Below are positions 13,637 to 25,603 of a stretch of 64,000 nt of DNA, in pieces; position 1 is the stretch's first letter, and the number at the start of each line of letters is the position of its first letter. The position numbers were made by a program, and so were the translations under genes. This stretch comes from Mobula hypostoma (lineage: Eukaryota), in contig NC_086105.1 of assembly GCF_963921235.1 (NCBI RefSeq), positions 109,120,001 to 109,184,000 on the forward strand. Reading direction: 5' to 3'. The notes beneath the pieces were generated by a model that saw only the letters and a list, made by a program, of their open reading frames with translations, searched no databases and was not told the origin of the DNA.

Positions 13637-14529
13637 GTAAAAACTATTTGATAATTTTAAAATTGTCTTCAAAATTATTTATAAATGGTTTTAAACCTAT
13701 GGGGAAATAAAAAACCTGGAGATATCTAGACATTTTTTGAAGACTTATTTGGGAAAATGTTTTCCCTTTTTAGTCACGTATTTCATATTTAACAGTAAAG
13801 AGTTTGTCAATATTATCAGGATGTATTTGGTTCCTTGGTTCCTTTGTTCCTATATGTATTCTAACTCTAACATGGTGTTTCTGGAGGAAATGCCTCCGCG
13901 TAACTTGAAGTGTTTCTGTTGTCTTATACCCATATGACTACGTTTTGAGTATCTTCCCTTTTCAACTTTCATCCCCTCTTGCTTTAATCCTAGTAAAAGA
14001 ATTGTTTTGATCGTTATGAAATCACATTCACATATTTTTGGTAAAACAATGTGCAAGAGGCTTTGGTATATTTATCGTTGAACACAGATCCTTCCATAAG
14101 AAAGAGTAGCATTTTTCTGTGTCTTTGCTTAATATTGTAGTATATTCTTCTGAATAGAAATGTACAATAGTTTTTCCCTCGTTCCCTGTATGGAATTGCT
14201 AAATTCTGGATAATTTTGTGTTGTGGTCAGTCATATTTTAAAAATGGGTTCAGAGGGAATAGACAGTGAAATGTTTCATCAAATTTGTTTTAAGTTCGAC
14301 TTCAGTATGTTCCACTTGATGCACGTTATAAAATGCTCATCTTTATAACTTTAAAAATTGGACTCTCTCTTGCAGATGTACATCCATGAGATTTTGGAAT
14401 ACAGATATTTGCTTAAGTGTTTACTTTGATGCCATTATAAAGTCCCACTTCAGATTTGTCTATGACTTTGTATCACATCTGTAATATAGTTGTTTCTCTA
14501 TTCTTAGCACCAACTTGATTGGGATTCTT

Positions 14530-14800
14530 AAAACAGAAACACAGAGAATGGCAACATGTGCCCGGAGACTCACCTTGAATACTGTCCATATGCTGTAAAA
14601 ATGAGCCTGTTTCTCCCGTGATCAGGAGTGTTTTCCCCCTGGGTGCTCCGGTTTCCTTCCATATCCCAAAAAATATATATACTGGTTAGTAGGTGAAATG
14701 GCTTCTGTAAGTTATCCATAGTGTAGGTGGATAGCAGGAGAAATAAGGGAGTTGATGGGGGTATGTGAGAAATGAGTTAATAAGTATTAATTGGAGAAAT
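14530..14800 (+). mobile_element. Degenerate SINE (HE1/V-SINE-like core)
   Basis: 'gggtgctccggtttccttccatatcccaaa...ggttagtagg' core motif; boundaries approximate. Confidence 0.55.
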
Positions 14801-15199
14801 GGAATTGCTCATAACTGATATTAACTTGATAAGATGAATAAGCTGTTTTCAGGGAGACAGCTAAATAAACAGTCTCAGTATGACTGCTATTCAGTCACTT
14901 CTTCGGTAAAGGTTATAGACAAAGGAGGTAGTTTATTTCTATTTATGTTTGAATGGTTTCATGATGCTGACATACCCAAATGTCTGGCAGGCTGCTATTA
15001 TTTTCCAATTACAAACGTACAAGACCATCAAGAAGGACATGAGGGCATTAGGAGGAATGGCTTTCGGTCTGTTAAGTAACTTTGTATCATTAAGAAGGTA
15101 GGGTAAAACAACAATTGTATTTACAGTATTTGTGTTTTTTTAAATGGAAGTGATTTTAAGAGCTTATCAAGAGTTTTGGGTAGGGCACCAGCTGTTGTC

Positions 15200-16040
15200 C
15201 TTTTGACAAGGTTCCATATTATAATAATAGGCAAGGCTGGAAGGTTAGATCACATGATATCCAGTGCAAGCTAGCCAACTGTCATAAAATCGGTTATGTG
15301 GAAGGAGTCAGAAGGTGGTAGTGGAAAGTTGTTTTTCCAGTTTAAAGGCACGTGCTCAGTGGTATACTGCAGGGATTGATGCTGGGTCCTCATTTGTATA
15401 TCATGTATAATAACAATTTTGATGAGAGTGCTGGTGGCTTGATTAGTATAATCCACTGACATCAATAGGGGTGGTGGGATGGTCAACGAAGGAGGTTGTT
15501 TAAGGATGCAACCAGATTTAGATTTCCAGCATGTACAAAATCTCGTGAGTTTGCTCTCATAGGAAAGGAGATTGGGCCCAGATCTAAGATCTCATGTTGC
15601 AGCTGTACAAAGTAGTGATAGTGATCTGAAATATTGTAAGCATTCCTAGTTTCCAAACTATAAGAAGGATGACATGAAACTAGAGGGTGAAGAAAATGTT
15701 ATTGAGACTAGAGGACTTGAATTACAAAGCTTGAAGGATATTGTTAGCCTTTTCTCCTAAGGTAGGGAATTCTAAAGATAGAACACATAGGCTTAAGGTA
15801 TGGGGGGGGGCGAGTAGAGTTAAAGGGGACCCGAGAGGTCTATTTTTCAAAGGGGGGGGGTTAGTGGATATATGGGATGAGTGGCAGAAGTGATAAGGAT
15901 GGGGACAATTATAATGTTTAGATGGTTAGGAAAACTTTAGAATATTAGCTAGAAACAGTCCAGTGAGACTAACTCAGGAGGATACCGTGTTGGCATTAAT
16001 TGTTTGGTCTGATTGATCTGTTTCCATGCTGTATAACTCT
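15200..16040 (+). mobile_element. Old CR1 LINE fragment
   Basis: Degenerate similarity to the RT and 3' end of the CR1 at 23851-27692. Confidence 0.6.
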
Positions 16041-16616
16041 GATACAGATAAATATTATACCTACAAGCTGTACTACAAGAATACCATATTTATAAACCAA
16101 AGATTTAATCTCCCTCTTGAAAACAGGCACTCAGCTGATTCAAACCAGTGTCACTTTTTTCAGTATTAAAATTATTACTCTGGGCCATCAGGAGAATTCT
16201 AAGCCTAGGTAAACCATGTAAGCATGTTTCTTTCATGCGCTCTCTCTCTCGCTCTTTTGTGCAGGTTCAAGGGTAGCTTAAGTGTTGCATATCTGCAGAT
16301 GTTTTCGTCCTCTGCAGGACATGCATGAGGAAATCAACAGTGATGCATTGGAATCCCTGTGATAAAATTGATGGCGGCAGTTGGCTGAGTGGGAGTCCTG
16401 ATATTTCCACTCTTGCTTAAGACCAAGAATCTTATTACCACCCTTTTAGATAAATACAAGCCAGTTTTTCTAGTCAGAACTGCTATTATGTAGAAGGTAC
16501 AAGCAACTGCTCTGTAATAGAAAGCCAATGAATGGGTCACATTCTGCATACTGAATGCGATATATTTGGCAATAAATCACAAACATCCTTGCGCTTAATG
16601 TAATATTGTCTTCTAG

Positions 16617-16713
16617 GAAGCATGATTGTCCATGTTGCAGGAAAAAGGTGAAAGGTGTGACTCGATCTGTGATTCCTATGATTCACAACATGATTGGACG
16701 ATTAATAATGAAG
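16617..16713 (+). CDS. RNF151: RNF151-like exon completing the RING (CPCCR)
   Basis: 97 nt; phase-2 start matches the previous exon; donor AAG|GTAAAT. Confidence 0.8.
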
Positions 16714-17129
16714 GTAAATTATGGGTATTACTGATTAAGGTATAACTGAAAGCTAATCAGTTGAAATTCTCATCCTGAAGCTAGGGTAGTATACAGAGGG
16801 CTTCTGTGAACAGATATTGGTTTCTGTGTATATTCCTGAAGCATGCTGCTAGAACGATACTGAAGTTAGAAGTGGGTGTGGGAAGGGTGAGTGGAAACAA
16901 AAATTAGAAGGCCTCTAGATTTCTTCCTTCATTTTGGTATGTACAAAAGAGATTTAGAAATAATCTTTAAACCAAGAGTAGGAACTGTTTAAGAATTCTT
17001 ATCAATAACTCTTCCAAAGCAAAGGACTCATTTGCTTCTTGATAAACAAATTATTGATTCTGCCTCTGCTCTTTTTGAAAAGAACTTAAACATGAGATAA
17101 TTTTGTCTCATCTGTGTCTTAAAAAAATG

Positions 17130-18725
17130 TTTATACTTAATCCTTAAAAATAAGCTGGGGAATGCAGAAACAATCTCCAAAAACACCAAAACAAAAAAAA
17201 TTAAACAGAGAAGAATGCCTATGTAATCTCTAACGAAGAAAAATCAGCGCCAATTTCCATTTAACTTTCATGACCAATGAAAAACTGTTTTTAGAAAAAA
17301 ACTAAATATCTATCTACTAAGCACTCCCAACTATTTATATATAAGTTAAAGTCCTTATGAACTATGAAAACTATCACTTAATTAATGAAAAAAAAGAGGA
17401 TAAAAACAAATAATCAAACTGGTTAACAATCTGTCCACTGTGTTAATTTGCTCAGTAAACCAAACAGATTTCGGAAAAGTCATTCATCAGTCACATCAAA
17501 AAGTTCACATCTTCTTTAAATAGTCCATCGATCAAAGGACATCTTAAGCAAATCAAAAATCTTCAAAGCTTGTTTTCTTTCCGAAATAACAATTATTCAG
17601 CAGACCTAAAACCATTCAAACCTTGGCTGCAACCAAAATAGAGTTAACATAGTCCAATGCCGCTTTGGAATCCAGAAAGACAGTGGAGTCGAATCTTTGG
17701 GAAATAATTTTAATCGGGCTGGATAGCGAAGTGATGGGAATAATCCCTTATCATAGGCTATCTTCATGGTTGGAGCGAATTTAGACCACAGGTCCATAAC
17801 TTCCCGTGGATAATCTTCATAAAAACAAATCTTGGAGCCCTTGAATTTAAAAACTCTGTGTTTCCTTGCATATTTCATGATTTGGTCTTTAACTTTGAAA
17901 CGAAGAAAGCAGACCTAAACTGACGTTGTTTTATACAGATCCTGAGATTTCGAAGTGAAAATTCTATGCGCTCTTTCAATATCGGGAGGTTGAGGTAAAA
18001 TATCTGGAAACAGAGACTGAAACAAGTTAGCAAATTAGTCCAATTAATCCCCACTCTCAGATCTTTCCTTCAGTCCAACAATTCGAACAGTATTCTGACG
18101 AGATCTTGCTTCCAAATCGATAATCTTATGTTGAGAGTTTTCCAAGCGGGCTGAAATATCCGCTATCTGACGCTTTGTCTCTTTAAGATCAGAATTCAAT
18201 GAGATAATATTTTCCTGCACAAATTGAAAACTGTCTAGTAACGACTTCATCTCAGAAGAGGTAGCATCAAGTTTTACCGTGTTGTTGTCTATTTTCCTGT
18301 CGAGAGCCATCAGTGTATGTTCTAAACGCTGAGCCCAAACAGGCATATCCTCTGATTTTCCTTCCGAAGTTTTCCCCTTTCCATTGCTGGATTCAGGAAG
18401 CTGATTTCCACTTCTTAAAGCTTGTGACATAACAATATATTTCCCTTAAGATCTGACAAATAAAAGTTAAAAATTCAAAGTTTAAACTGGGGAAGAGGAA
18501 GAATTAATCGCAGCTACACAAAATGTGTGTCACTCCATTGGGCAGTAGGCAGTCGGAGACTGTTAAATGTTATATATTCATCCTTTTCTAAGACTCCCCA
18601 GTGTGTTGTCTCTCGATGCTGAAAAGGCATTTGACAGAGTTGAATGGAAATACTTATTTAAAGTTTTAGAGAGATTCGGCTTTGGTATTAATTTTAATAA
18701 GTGGATCGGAATTATATATATATAT
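17130..18725 (-). mobile_element. L1-clade LINE fragment: 5'UTR and ORF1 on -, short ORF2 RT piece on +
   Basis: ORF1 pieces 18430-17606 (LEARSRQNTVRIVGL, FYEDYP...YPARL); RT motif [14 protein letters not shown] at ~18604-18645 on +. Confidence 0.9.
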
Positions 18726-19427
18726 ACTTTTCCACTCAAACAGTATGAAAAGCACAAAGCTACTTGTGAATATCGAATAGTGAGCTGCAGGTATGAAGGG
18801 TGTGCCACTGAAATGTTTCATAAGAACATTGCTGCTCACAAATAAGTTTGTGAACATTGGAACCAGCCATGCAGGATGGGATGTGGAGTCCAACTTAGCC
18901 GGAACCAGTTAGAGGAGCACAACTGTTACAGGGACACTAAAAGAAAATACAAGGGAAAGATTACAGTTCTTAAAAGCTGCTTGAGTAGTATGCACCATCA
19001 TCTAGAGTTAGTAGAAGAAACTCCGCAGAGTTTGACTGCCGACAATCACTTGCAGCTGTTGGAATCGTGTGTTTGTGAAGATGCTGGTGAGTAATTGCAA
19101 ATTATTGCAGAATAGATTAGATTCTGAGCATAGTTGCAAAAGAGCAACGAGGATTGAGTTTAAATTTTGTGTAAGGTAGCGTTTAATACTTTAAACCATA
19201 GAAACCGCTAAATTTTCTGTCATATCATGCTGGGGAGACAGTAAACTCAATGTTTTTCACATAATTTTGTGGCAATTTATTTGCATTGATTTAAATGGAA
19301 GATTGGAAATCCTAGCTTTTAATGAGAGAGGAATGTATAAAGGTCTTTTTTTTAATCTCTCATTTGCTTTTAAGTTCTTTCCCAATATGTAACATAGACT
19401 GTTTTTTTCTGACAGCTGCAGAATGTA

Positions 19428-20510
19428 TTAGATAGATACTTCATTGATCCTAAAGGAAATTACAGAGTCACAGTAGCATTACAAGTGCACAAATATACAC
19501 ATATTAGAAAAGAATCAAGAAAGAATAAAAAAAATACCTCAAACAGAAAGGATCATCACTTCCCCGGCTATAGGTTGAATCTGTATAGAGCCTAATGGTC
19601 AAGGGTAAGAATGACCTCATATAGTGCTGTTTGGAGCAGTGCAGTTGTCCGAGTTACTAAATGTGCTCTTCTGTTCAGCCAAGGTGGCATGCAAAGGGTG
19701 AGAAACATTGTCTAGAATTGCTAGGATTTTCTGTAGAGTCTTTTGTTCTTCCACAGCCTCCAGTGTGTCCAGTCTGACTCCAAAAACAGAACCAGCCTTC
19801 CTAATCAATTATTGTGCCTGTTGGCTTCACCCATATTGATGCCATTGCCCCAGCACACCACCACATAGAAGATTTTTCTGGTGACACCAGACAGGTAGAA
19901 CATGTGACGTTGAGTCCTGTTTACTCCATAGGACCTCAGTCTCCTCAGGAAGTAAAGGCGACTCTGGCCTTTCTTGTAAACAGCCTCTGCACTCAAGTCT
20001 ATCATCCAGGTGCACCCCCAGGTACTTGTAGATCCTCACCACATCCATGTCCGTACCATCAATAGGGAGCAGTGCAGGCTTAGTCTTAAAGTCCACACCA
20101 TCTCCTTTGTCTTACTGATGTTGTGCTGCAGATGATCCAGCTTGCACCATTTGTCAAAGTCCTCCACCAGGGCCCTGTATACATCCTCCTGTCCTCCCTT
20201 AATACACCCAACTATTCCTGAGTCATCAGAGAATTTCTGCAGATGACACGACTGAGTGTGGTATCTAAAGTCTGAGGTATACAGGGTTAACAGCAAGGGA
20301 GCCAATATAGTTCCCTGTGGGGCCCCAGTGCTGCTTATAGCCATGTCTAACACACAGCTCTGAAACCACACACCCCGTGGTCTGTCAGTCAGCTAGTCCA
20401 TTATCCAGGATACAATGGAAGTGCCAACCTGCATTGAATGGAGCTTTTCCTAGCGATTGAAGGCACATGAGAAATCAAAATACATGATCCTCACAATGGT
20501 GCCTCACAAG
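19428..20510 (-). mobile_element. Rex1/Babar-like LINE, 5'-truncated
   Basis: STGAPQGTILAPLLLTLYTSD...KFSDDS, YKYLGVHLD, QSRLYFLRRLRS; (TATC)n tail. Confidence 0.88.
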
Positions 20511-21004
20511 CTTGAAGACATGAAGACAAGAATGATTGACTGGTTTGGGGTAACAGCTGAGCCAAGATGCAATACAAACTATTAAAGGCAGTGATTACAG
20601 AAATTATTTTTGTTACAGCATTGTAATGTTTCAAATGCATTGTGACCACAAGAACCACAACTAAAGAAGATGGATCACTAGTAGTGGCAACTAACCCAGT
20701 AAATCTCTCTGAAATCCCATGAAATTGTTCACCGAATTCAAACAGCACACCTGCTAGCCTGTGGACTAGGACCAGGATAAATGACCATGAAAGTTGCTGC
20801 TTTATTTATCTTAAGTTTGACTGATTTGTCTTTGGGGGAATTGCATGTACCACTTTGACAGAAGTTCTTGACTCATAATCTGTATTGCATTAAATTTATT
20901 TTTGTTGACTTCTAACAAAAATGGCTTTGTAAAGTCATAGGTATATAACAATCCACCTGGAATGCTAGCAAGGTGCAGTAAATTTGTCTTGTCAATGTAA
21001 CCAT

Positions 21005-22243
21005 TGTCATGGTCCGGTCTGTGGACTCCGGACTCCAGGTCTTCCAGCTGTCCCCTGTTTCAGTTGGGCTTAATCATAGGCACCTGATGCTCACCTTGGG
21101 GCTGGGAATATAAGTGGCCCTGGGTTCGAGTGTGGTTGCTGGTTCATCTCGTCAGTATCCTGTCCTCACCTCCATGGGGTAAGTCAGGCTGTCTTTGCCG
21201 TTGCTCTGAGGCTGGACTGTTCCTTTCCTTTCCCTTCCTTCTGAAGCCTTGCCCCGCAACCTTGTCAAGTTCTACCACCGGAGCGAGACTGGAGCCTTGC
21301 TGTGTCAAGATAAGGAACCGTCTGTGGCTATGCCTTCGCTAGGTAGGTCCAGCTGTTTGCCGCTACCTAGTGTCAGGAACTTTCTCGTCGTGTTCAGCAT
21401 TCTGTGTAGTGCCCCGGCCCCAAGTCCTGTTCCCAAGGAGGGGTCTGGGCTCTGTATTCCATGTACGAGTCCCAGCCCTAAGTCCTGTTCCCAAGGAGGG
21501 ATCCCGGCTCTGTGTTCCTGTCTGTCAAGTCCAAGGCTCCGTGTTCCCATGTTCTAGACCAAGGCTCTGTGTTCCTGTCCTCCCCAAGACCAAGGCTCTG
21601 AGTTCTGCGTTCCTGTCGTCCCAAGTCCAAGGTTCCAAGGTTCCGAGGTTCCTGTCATCCCAAGTCCAAGGCTCGGCTGTTCCTAAGTACCAAGTCAAGG
21701 CTTCGTGTTCTCATCCTATCCATGTGCTTCGTCCTGTGCTGGCGTTCCCTCACCCTGTAATGGAGTTCCCTCGTCTTGCCCAGGAGTCTCTCGTTCTGTC
21801 CTGTAGCCTTGCCTAGTCCTGTCGCCCAAGACCACGTCATGTCTTCACCTAGTTCCAGAGTCCGAACCCGAGTCAAGACCCAGGTTTTAGGTCCTTGTCC
21901 AGTTTTTGGCTCGGAGTTCGAACCCAAGCCTCTTCATGTCCTCGCCTCGAAGAACCCAAGCCATGTCCAGCCCTGTAGCCATGTCATGTCCTTGCCTAGT
22001 TCCGGGGTCCGAGCCCGAGTCAAGACCCATGTTCTGGGTCCTTGTCCAGTCTCCGGCTCGGAGTCCAAGCCCAGGCTCCTAGTTCCCAGTCCCTTGTCCT
22101 GGTCCCACTTGCCTAGCCAATGTCCTAGCCCAAGTCTGTGTTCTTGTCCCAGCTCTCTAGTCAATTCCTGTTCCTAGTACTTCAGTGTCTGTGTCTTGCA
22201 TTTGGGTCCGCTCCAGCGTGCCTCCCCCCACCCCGTTATGCCA
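21005..22243. mobile_element. Solo LTR (Gypsy-like) with internal CCAAG-rich tandem repeats
   Basis: TGTCAT...ATGCCA termini; 5-bp TSD ACCAT at 21000-21004 and 22244-22248. Confidence 0.82.
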
Positions 22244-22831
22244 ACCATCTTAAATTTTTTCATGCAACTTTTGGATAGTAGATGGCATCCCAGAAAAGGA
22301 TGTTCCTTGAAACACTGAGATGGAAGCAGACCAAAGATCAAAATTAGAAATGTGATTGAAGTCTGTTTAATGCAAATTGTACCTGAATAAAATACTTGAA
22401 GAGATCAAGTTTATTGAGGTTACTATTCACTTCTAGAGAATGCATTGTCTTTGAGCACAATGAGTGCAGGTTATAATTACTTTCCTTCAGTAAACTTGCT
22501 TTATTGTAAATTGTGCTTTATAAAAATAAAATAATTTGCAATTTTTAAAAATTCAGTCATTTAACTTTTCAATGCCAGTACTAAATTGAACCATGCATAA
22601 TAAATTACATTTTTAGTTAACTTCTAGTTAATACACGGAGGGTCTCGGCCCGAAACGTCGACTGTACCTCTTCTTAGAGATGCTGCCTGGCCTGCTGCGT
22701 TCACCAGCAATGTTTATGTGTGTTGCTTGAATTTCCAGCATCTGCAGATTTCCTCGTGTTTGCATCCTTTGCTCCTGCCAGATTTACAAACTTGCTCTCT
22801 GCTTCACATTCACAAATACTGTTCTGTGCAA

Positions 22832-22892
22832 GTGTTATACCTAGTTATACATATGTGCCTATGTGTTATACCTAGTTATACATATGTGCCTA
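22832..22892. repeat. ~31-bp tandem duplication
   Basis: gtgttatacctagttatacatatgtgccta occurs twice. Confidence 0.85.
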
Positions 22893-23290
22893 TGACCTTT
22901 GAACAGTACTGTTAAGTACTGGGAATATTGTTTTAGGCGAGGAAGTTGCCCATCATCCCAGTCCTCGGGGAAGATTTTGTGGAAATAGTTATTAGCAGAA
23001 TCTTCTGGTCTATAATGACCACTTAACCAGTATTTAAAATGCAAACACACTAATGAACAAGAGAACATCTGCAGATGCTGGAAATCTAAGCAACACACAC
23101 AAAATGCTGGAGGAACTCAGTAGGCCAGGCATCTATAGAAAAGAGTACAGTCGATGTTTTGGGCCGAGACCCTTCATCAGGACTGGAGAAATAAAGACGA
23201 ATCATTATGAAGATAGGGGGAGGAGAGGAAGAAACACAAGGTGGTAGGTAAAACTAGGAAAGGTGAAATAAAAGAGCTGAGAAGTTGATT

Positions 23291-23604
23291 TTAAGGCATC
23301 CGTTAGTCTTGTGAGACCATGGATCTGCACCTGGAAAGTCTTCACTCTCCAGGGCGCAGGCCTGGGCAAGGTTATATGGAAGACCAGCAGTTGCCTATGC
23401 TGCAAGTCTCCCCTCTCCACACCACCGATGTGGTCCAAGGGAAGGGCATTAGGACCCATACAGCTTGGCACCAGTGTCATCGCACAGCAATGTGTGATTA
23501 AGTGCCTTGTTCAAGGACACAACACGTTCCCTCGGCTGGGGCTCGAACTCACGACCTTCAGGTCGCTAGTCCAATGCCCTAACCACTTGGCCACGTGCCC
23601 ACAC
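23291..23604 (-). mobile_element. tRNA-derived SINE
   Basis: Head carries an A box (TGGCCAAGTGG) and a B box (GTTCGAGCC); TSD AGAAGTTGATT at 23280-23290 and 23605-23615. Confidence 0.85.
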
Positions 23605-25603
23605 AGAAGTTGATTGGTGAAAGACATAACAGGGCTGAAGAAGAGGGAACCTGATAAGAGGACAGAAGGCCATAGAAGAAAGAAAAGGGAGAGGAGCCAC
23701 CAGAGGGAGGTGATGGGCAGGTAAGGAGATGAGATGAGAGAGTGAAATGGTAATGGTGAAAGGTGGGGGGGCGGGGGCGGGTGGTATTACCAGAAGTTTG
23801 AGAAATCAATGTTCATACTATCAGGTTGGAGGCTACCCAGACAGCATATAACTATATAACAATTACAGCACAGAAACAGGCCATCTCGGCCCTTCTAGTC
23901 CGTGCCAAACTCTTACTATCACCTAGTCCCACCAACCTGCACTCAGCCCATAACCCTCCATTCCTTTCCTGTCCATATACCTATCCAATTTTTCCTTAAA
24001 TGACAATATCAAACCTGCCTCTACCACTTCTACTGGAAGCTCATTCCACACAGCCACCACTCTCTGAGTAAAGAAGTTCCCCCTCGTGTTACCCCTAAAC
24101 TTTTGCCCCCTAATTCTCAACTCATGTCCTCTTGTTTGAATCTCCCCTACTCTCAATGGAAAAAGCCTATCCACGTCAACTCTATCTATCCCCCTCATAA
24201 TTTTAAATACCTCTATCAAGTCCCCTCTCAACCTTCTACGCTCCAAAAAATAAAGACCCAACTTGTTCAACCTTTCTCTGTAACTCAGGTGCTGAAACAC
24301 AGGAAACATTCTAGTAAATCTCCTCTGTACTCTCTCTATTTTGTTGACATCTTTCCTATAATTCGGTGACCAGAACTGTACACAATACTCCAAATTTGGC
24401 CTTACCAATGCCTTGTACAATTTTATCATTACATCCCAACTCCTATACCCAATGCTCTGATTTATAAAGGCCAGCATACCAAAAGCTTTCTTCACCACCC
24501 TGTCCACATGAGATTCCACCTTCAGGGAACTATGCACCATTATTCCTAGATCCCTCTGTTCTACTGCATTCTTCAATGCCCTACCATTTACCATGTATGT
24601 TCTGTTTTGATTAGTCCTACCAAAATGTAGCACCTCACACTTATCAGCATTAAACTCCATCTGCCATCTTTCAACCCACTCTTCTAACTGGCCTAAATCT
24701 CTCTGCAAGCTTTGAAAATCTGCTTCATTATCCACAATGCCACCTATCTTAGTATCATCTGCATACTTACTAATCCAATTTACCACCCCATCATCCAGAT
24801 CATTAATGTATATGACAAACAACACTGGACCCAGTACAGATCCCTGAGGCACACCACTGGTTACCGGCCTCCAACCTGACAAACAGTTATCCACCACTAC
24901 CCTCTGGCATCTCCCACTGTTGAATCCATTTCACTACTTCAATATTAATACCTCACGATTGAACCTTCCTAACTAACTTTCCATGTGAAACCTTGTCAAA
25001 GACCTTACTGAAGTCCATATAGACAATATCCACTGCTTTACCCTCGTCAACTTTCCTAGTAACCTCTTCAAGAAATTCAATAAGATTTGTCAAATATGAC
25101 CTTCCACGCACAAATCCATGTTGACTGTTCCTAATCAGATCCTGTCTATTCAGATAATTATATATACCATCTCTAAGAATACTTTCCATTAGTTTACCCA
25201 CCAATGACGTCAAACTTACAGGCCAATAATTGCTAAGTTTACTCTTAGAACCCTTGTTAAACAATGGAACAACATGAGCAATATGCCAATCCTCCGGCAC
25301 CATCCTCATTTCTAATGACATTTGAAATATTTCTGTCAGAGCCCCTGCTATTTCTACCCTAACTTCCCTCAAGTTCCTAGGGAATATCCTGTCAGGACCA
25401 GGAGACTTATCCACTTTTATATTCCTTAAAAGTGCCAGTACTTCCTTTTCTTTAACCATCATAGTTTCCATAACTTCCCTACTTGTTTCCCTTCCCTTAC
25501 ACAATTCAATATCTTTCTCCTTAGTGAATACCAAAGAAATTGTTCAAAATCTCCCCCATCTCTTTTGGCTCCACACATAGCTGTCCACTCTGATTCTCTA
25601 AGG

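Larger units (their letters stand above)
12006..19094 (+). pseudogene. RNF151: RNF151-like RING finger / TRAF-type zinc finger gene, disrupted
   Basis: Exons 12006-12038 (MELAEDQEPEQ, tentative), 13491-13636 (DFGYDVELFVNAPDPEFICTICHGVLKGPVELSCQHVFCKGCISSWLV), 16617-16713 (RKHDCPCCRKK...IGRLIMK) and remnant 18726-19094 ([16 protein letters not shown]...CRMGCGVQL...HNCYRD). Splice phases agree. The last exon lacks its acceptor and first residues (L1 DNA sits there instead) and has an in-frame TAA at 18843-18845. RNF151 neighbours RPS2 in human. Confidence 0.85.

Noticed and set aside
21130-22177. Overlapping ORFs and short spaced repeats that could look like a gene or a CRISPR array
   Set aside because: Irregular degenerate tandem repeats inside a solo LTR in eukaryotic DNA; no constant repeat with unique spacers.
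23530-23604. tRNA-like sequence
   Set aside because: It is the head of a TSD-flanked SINE, not a tRNA gene.
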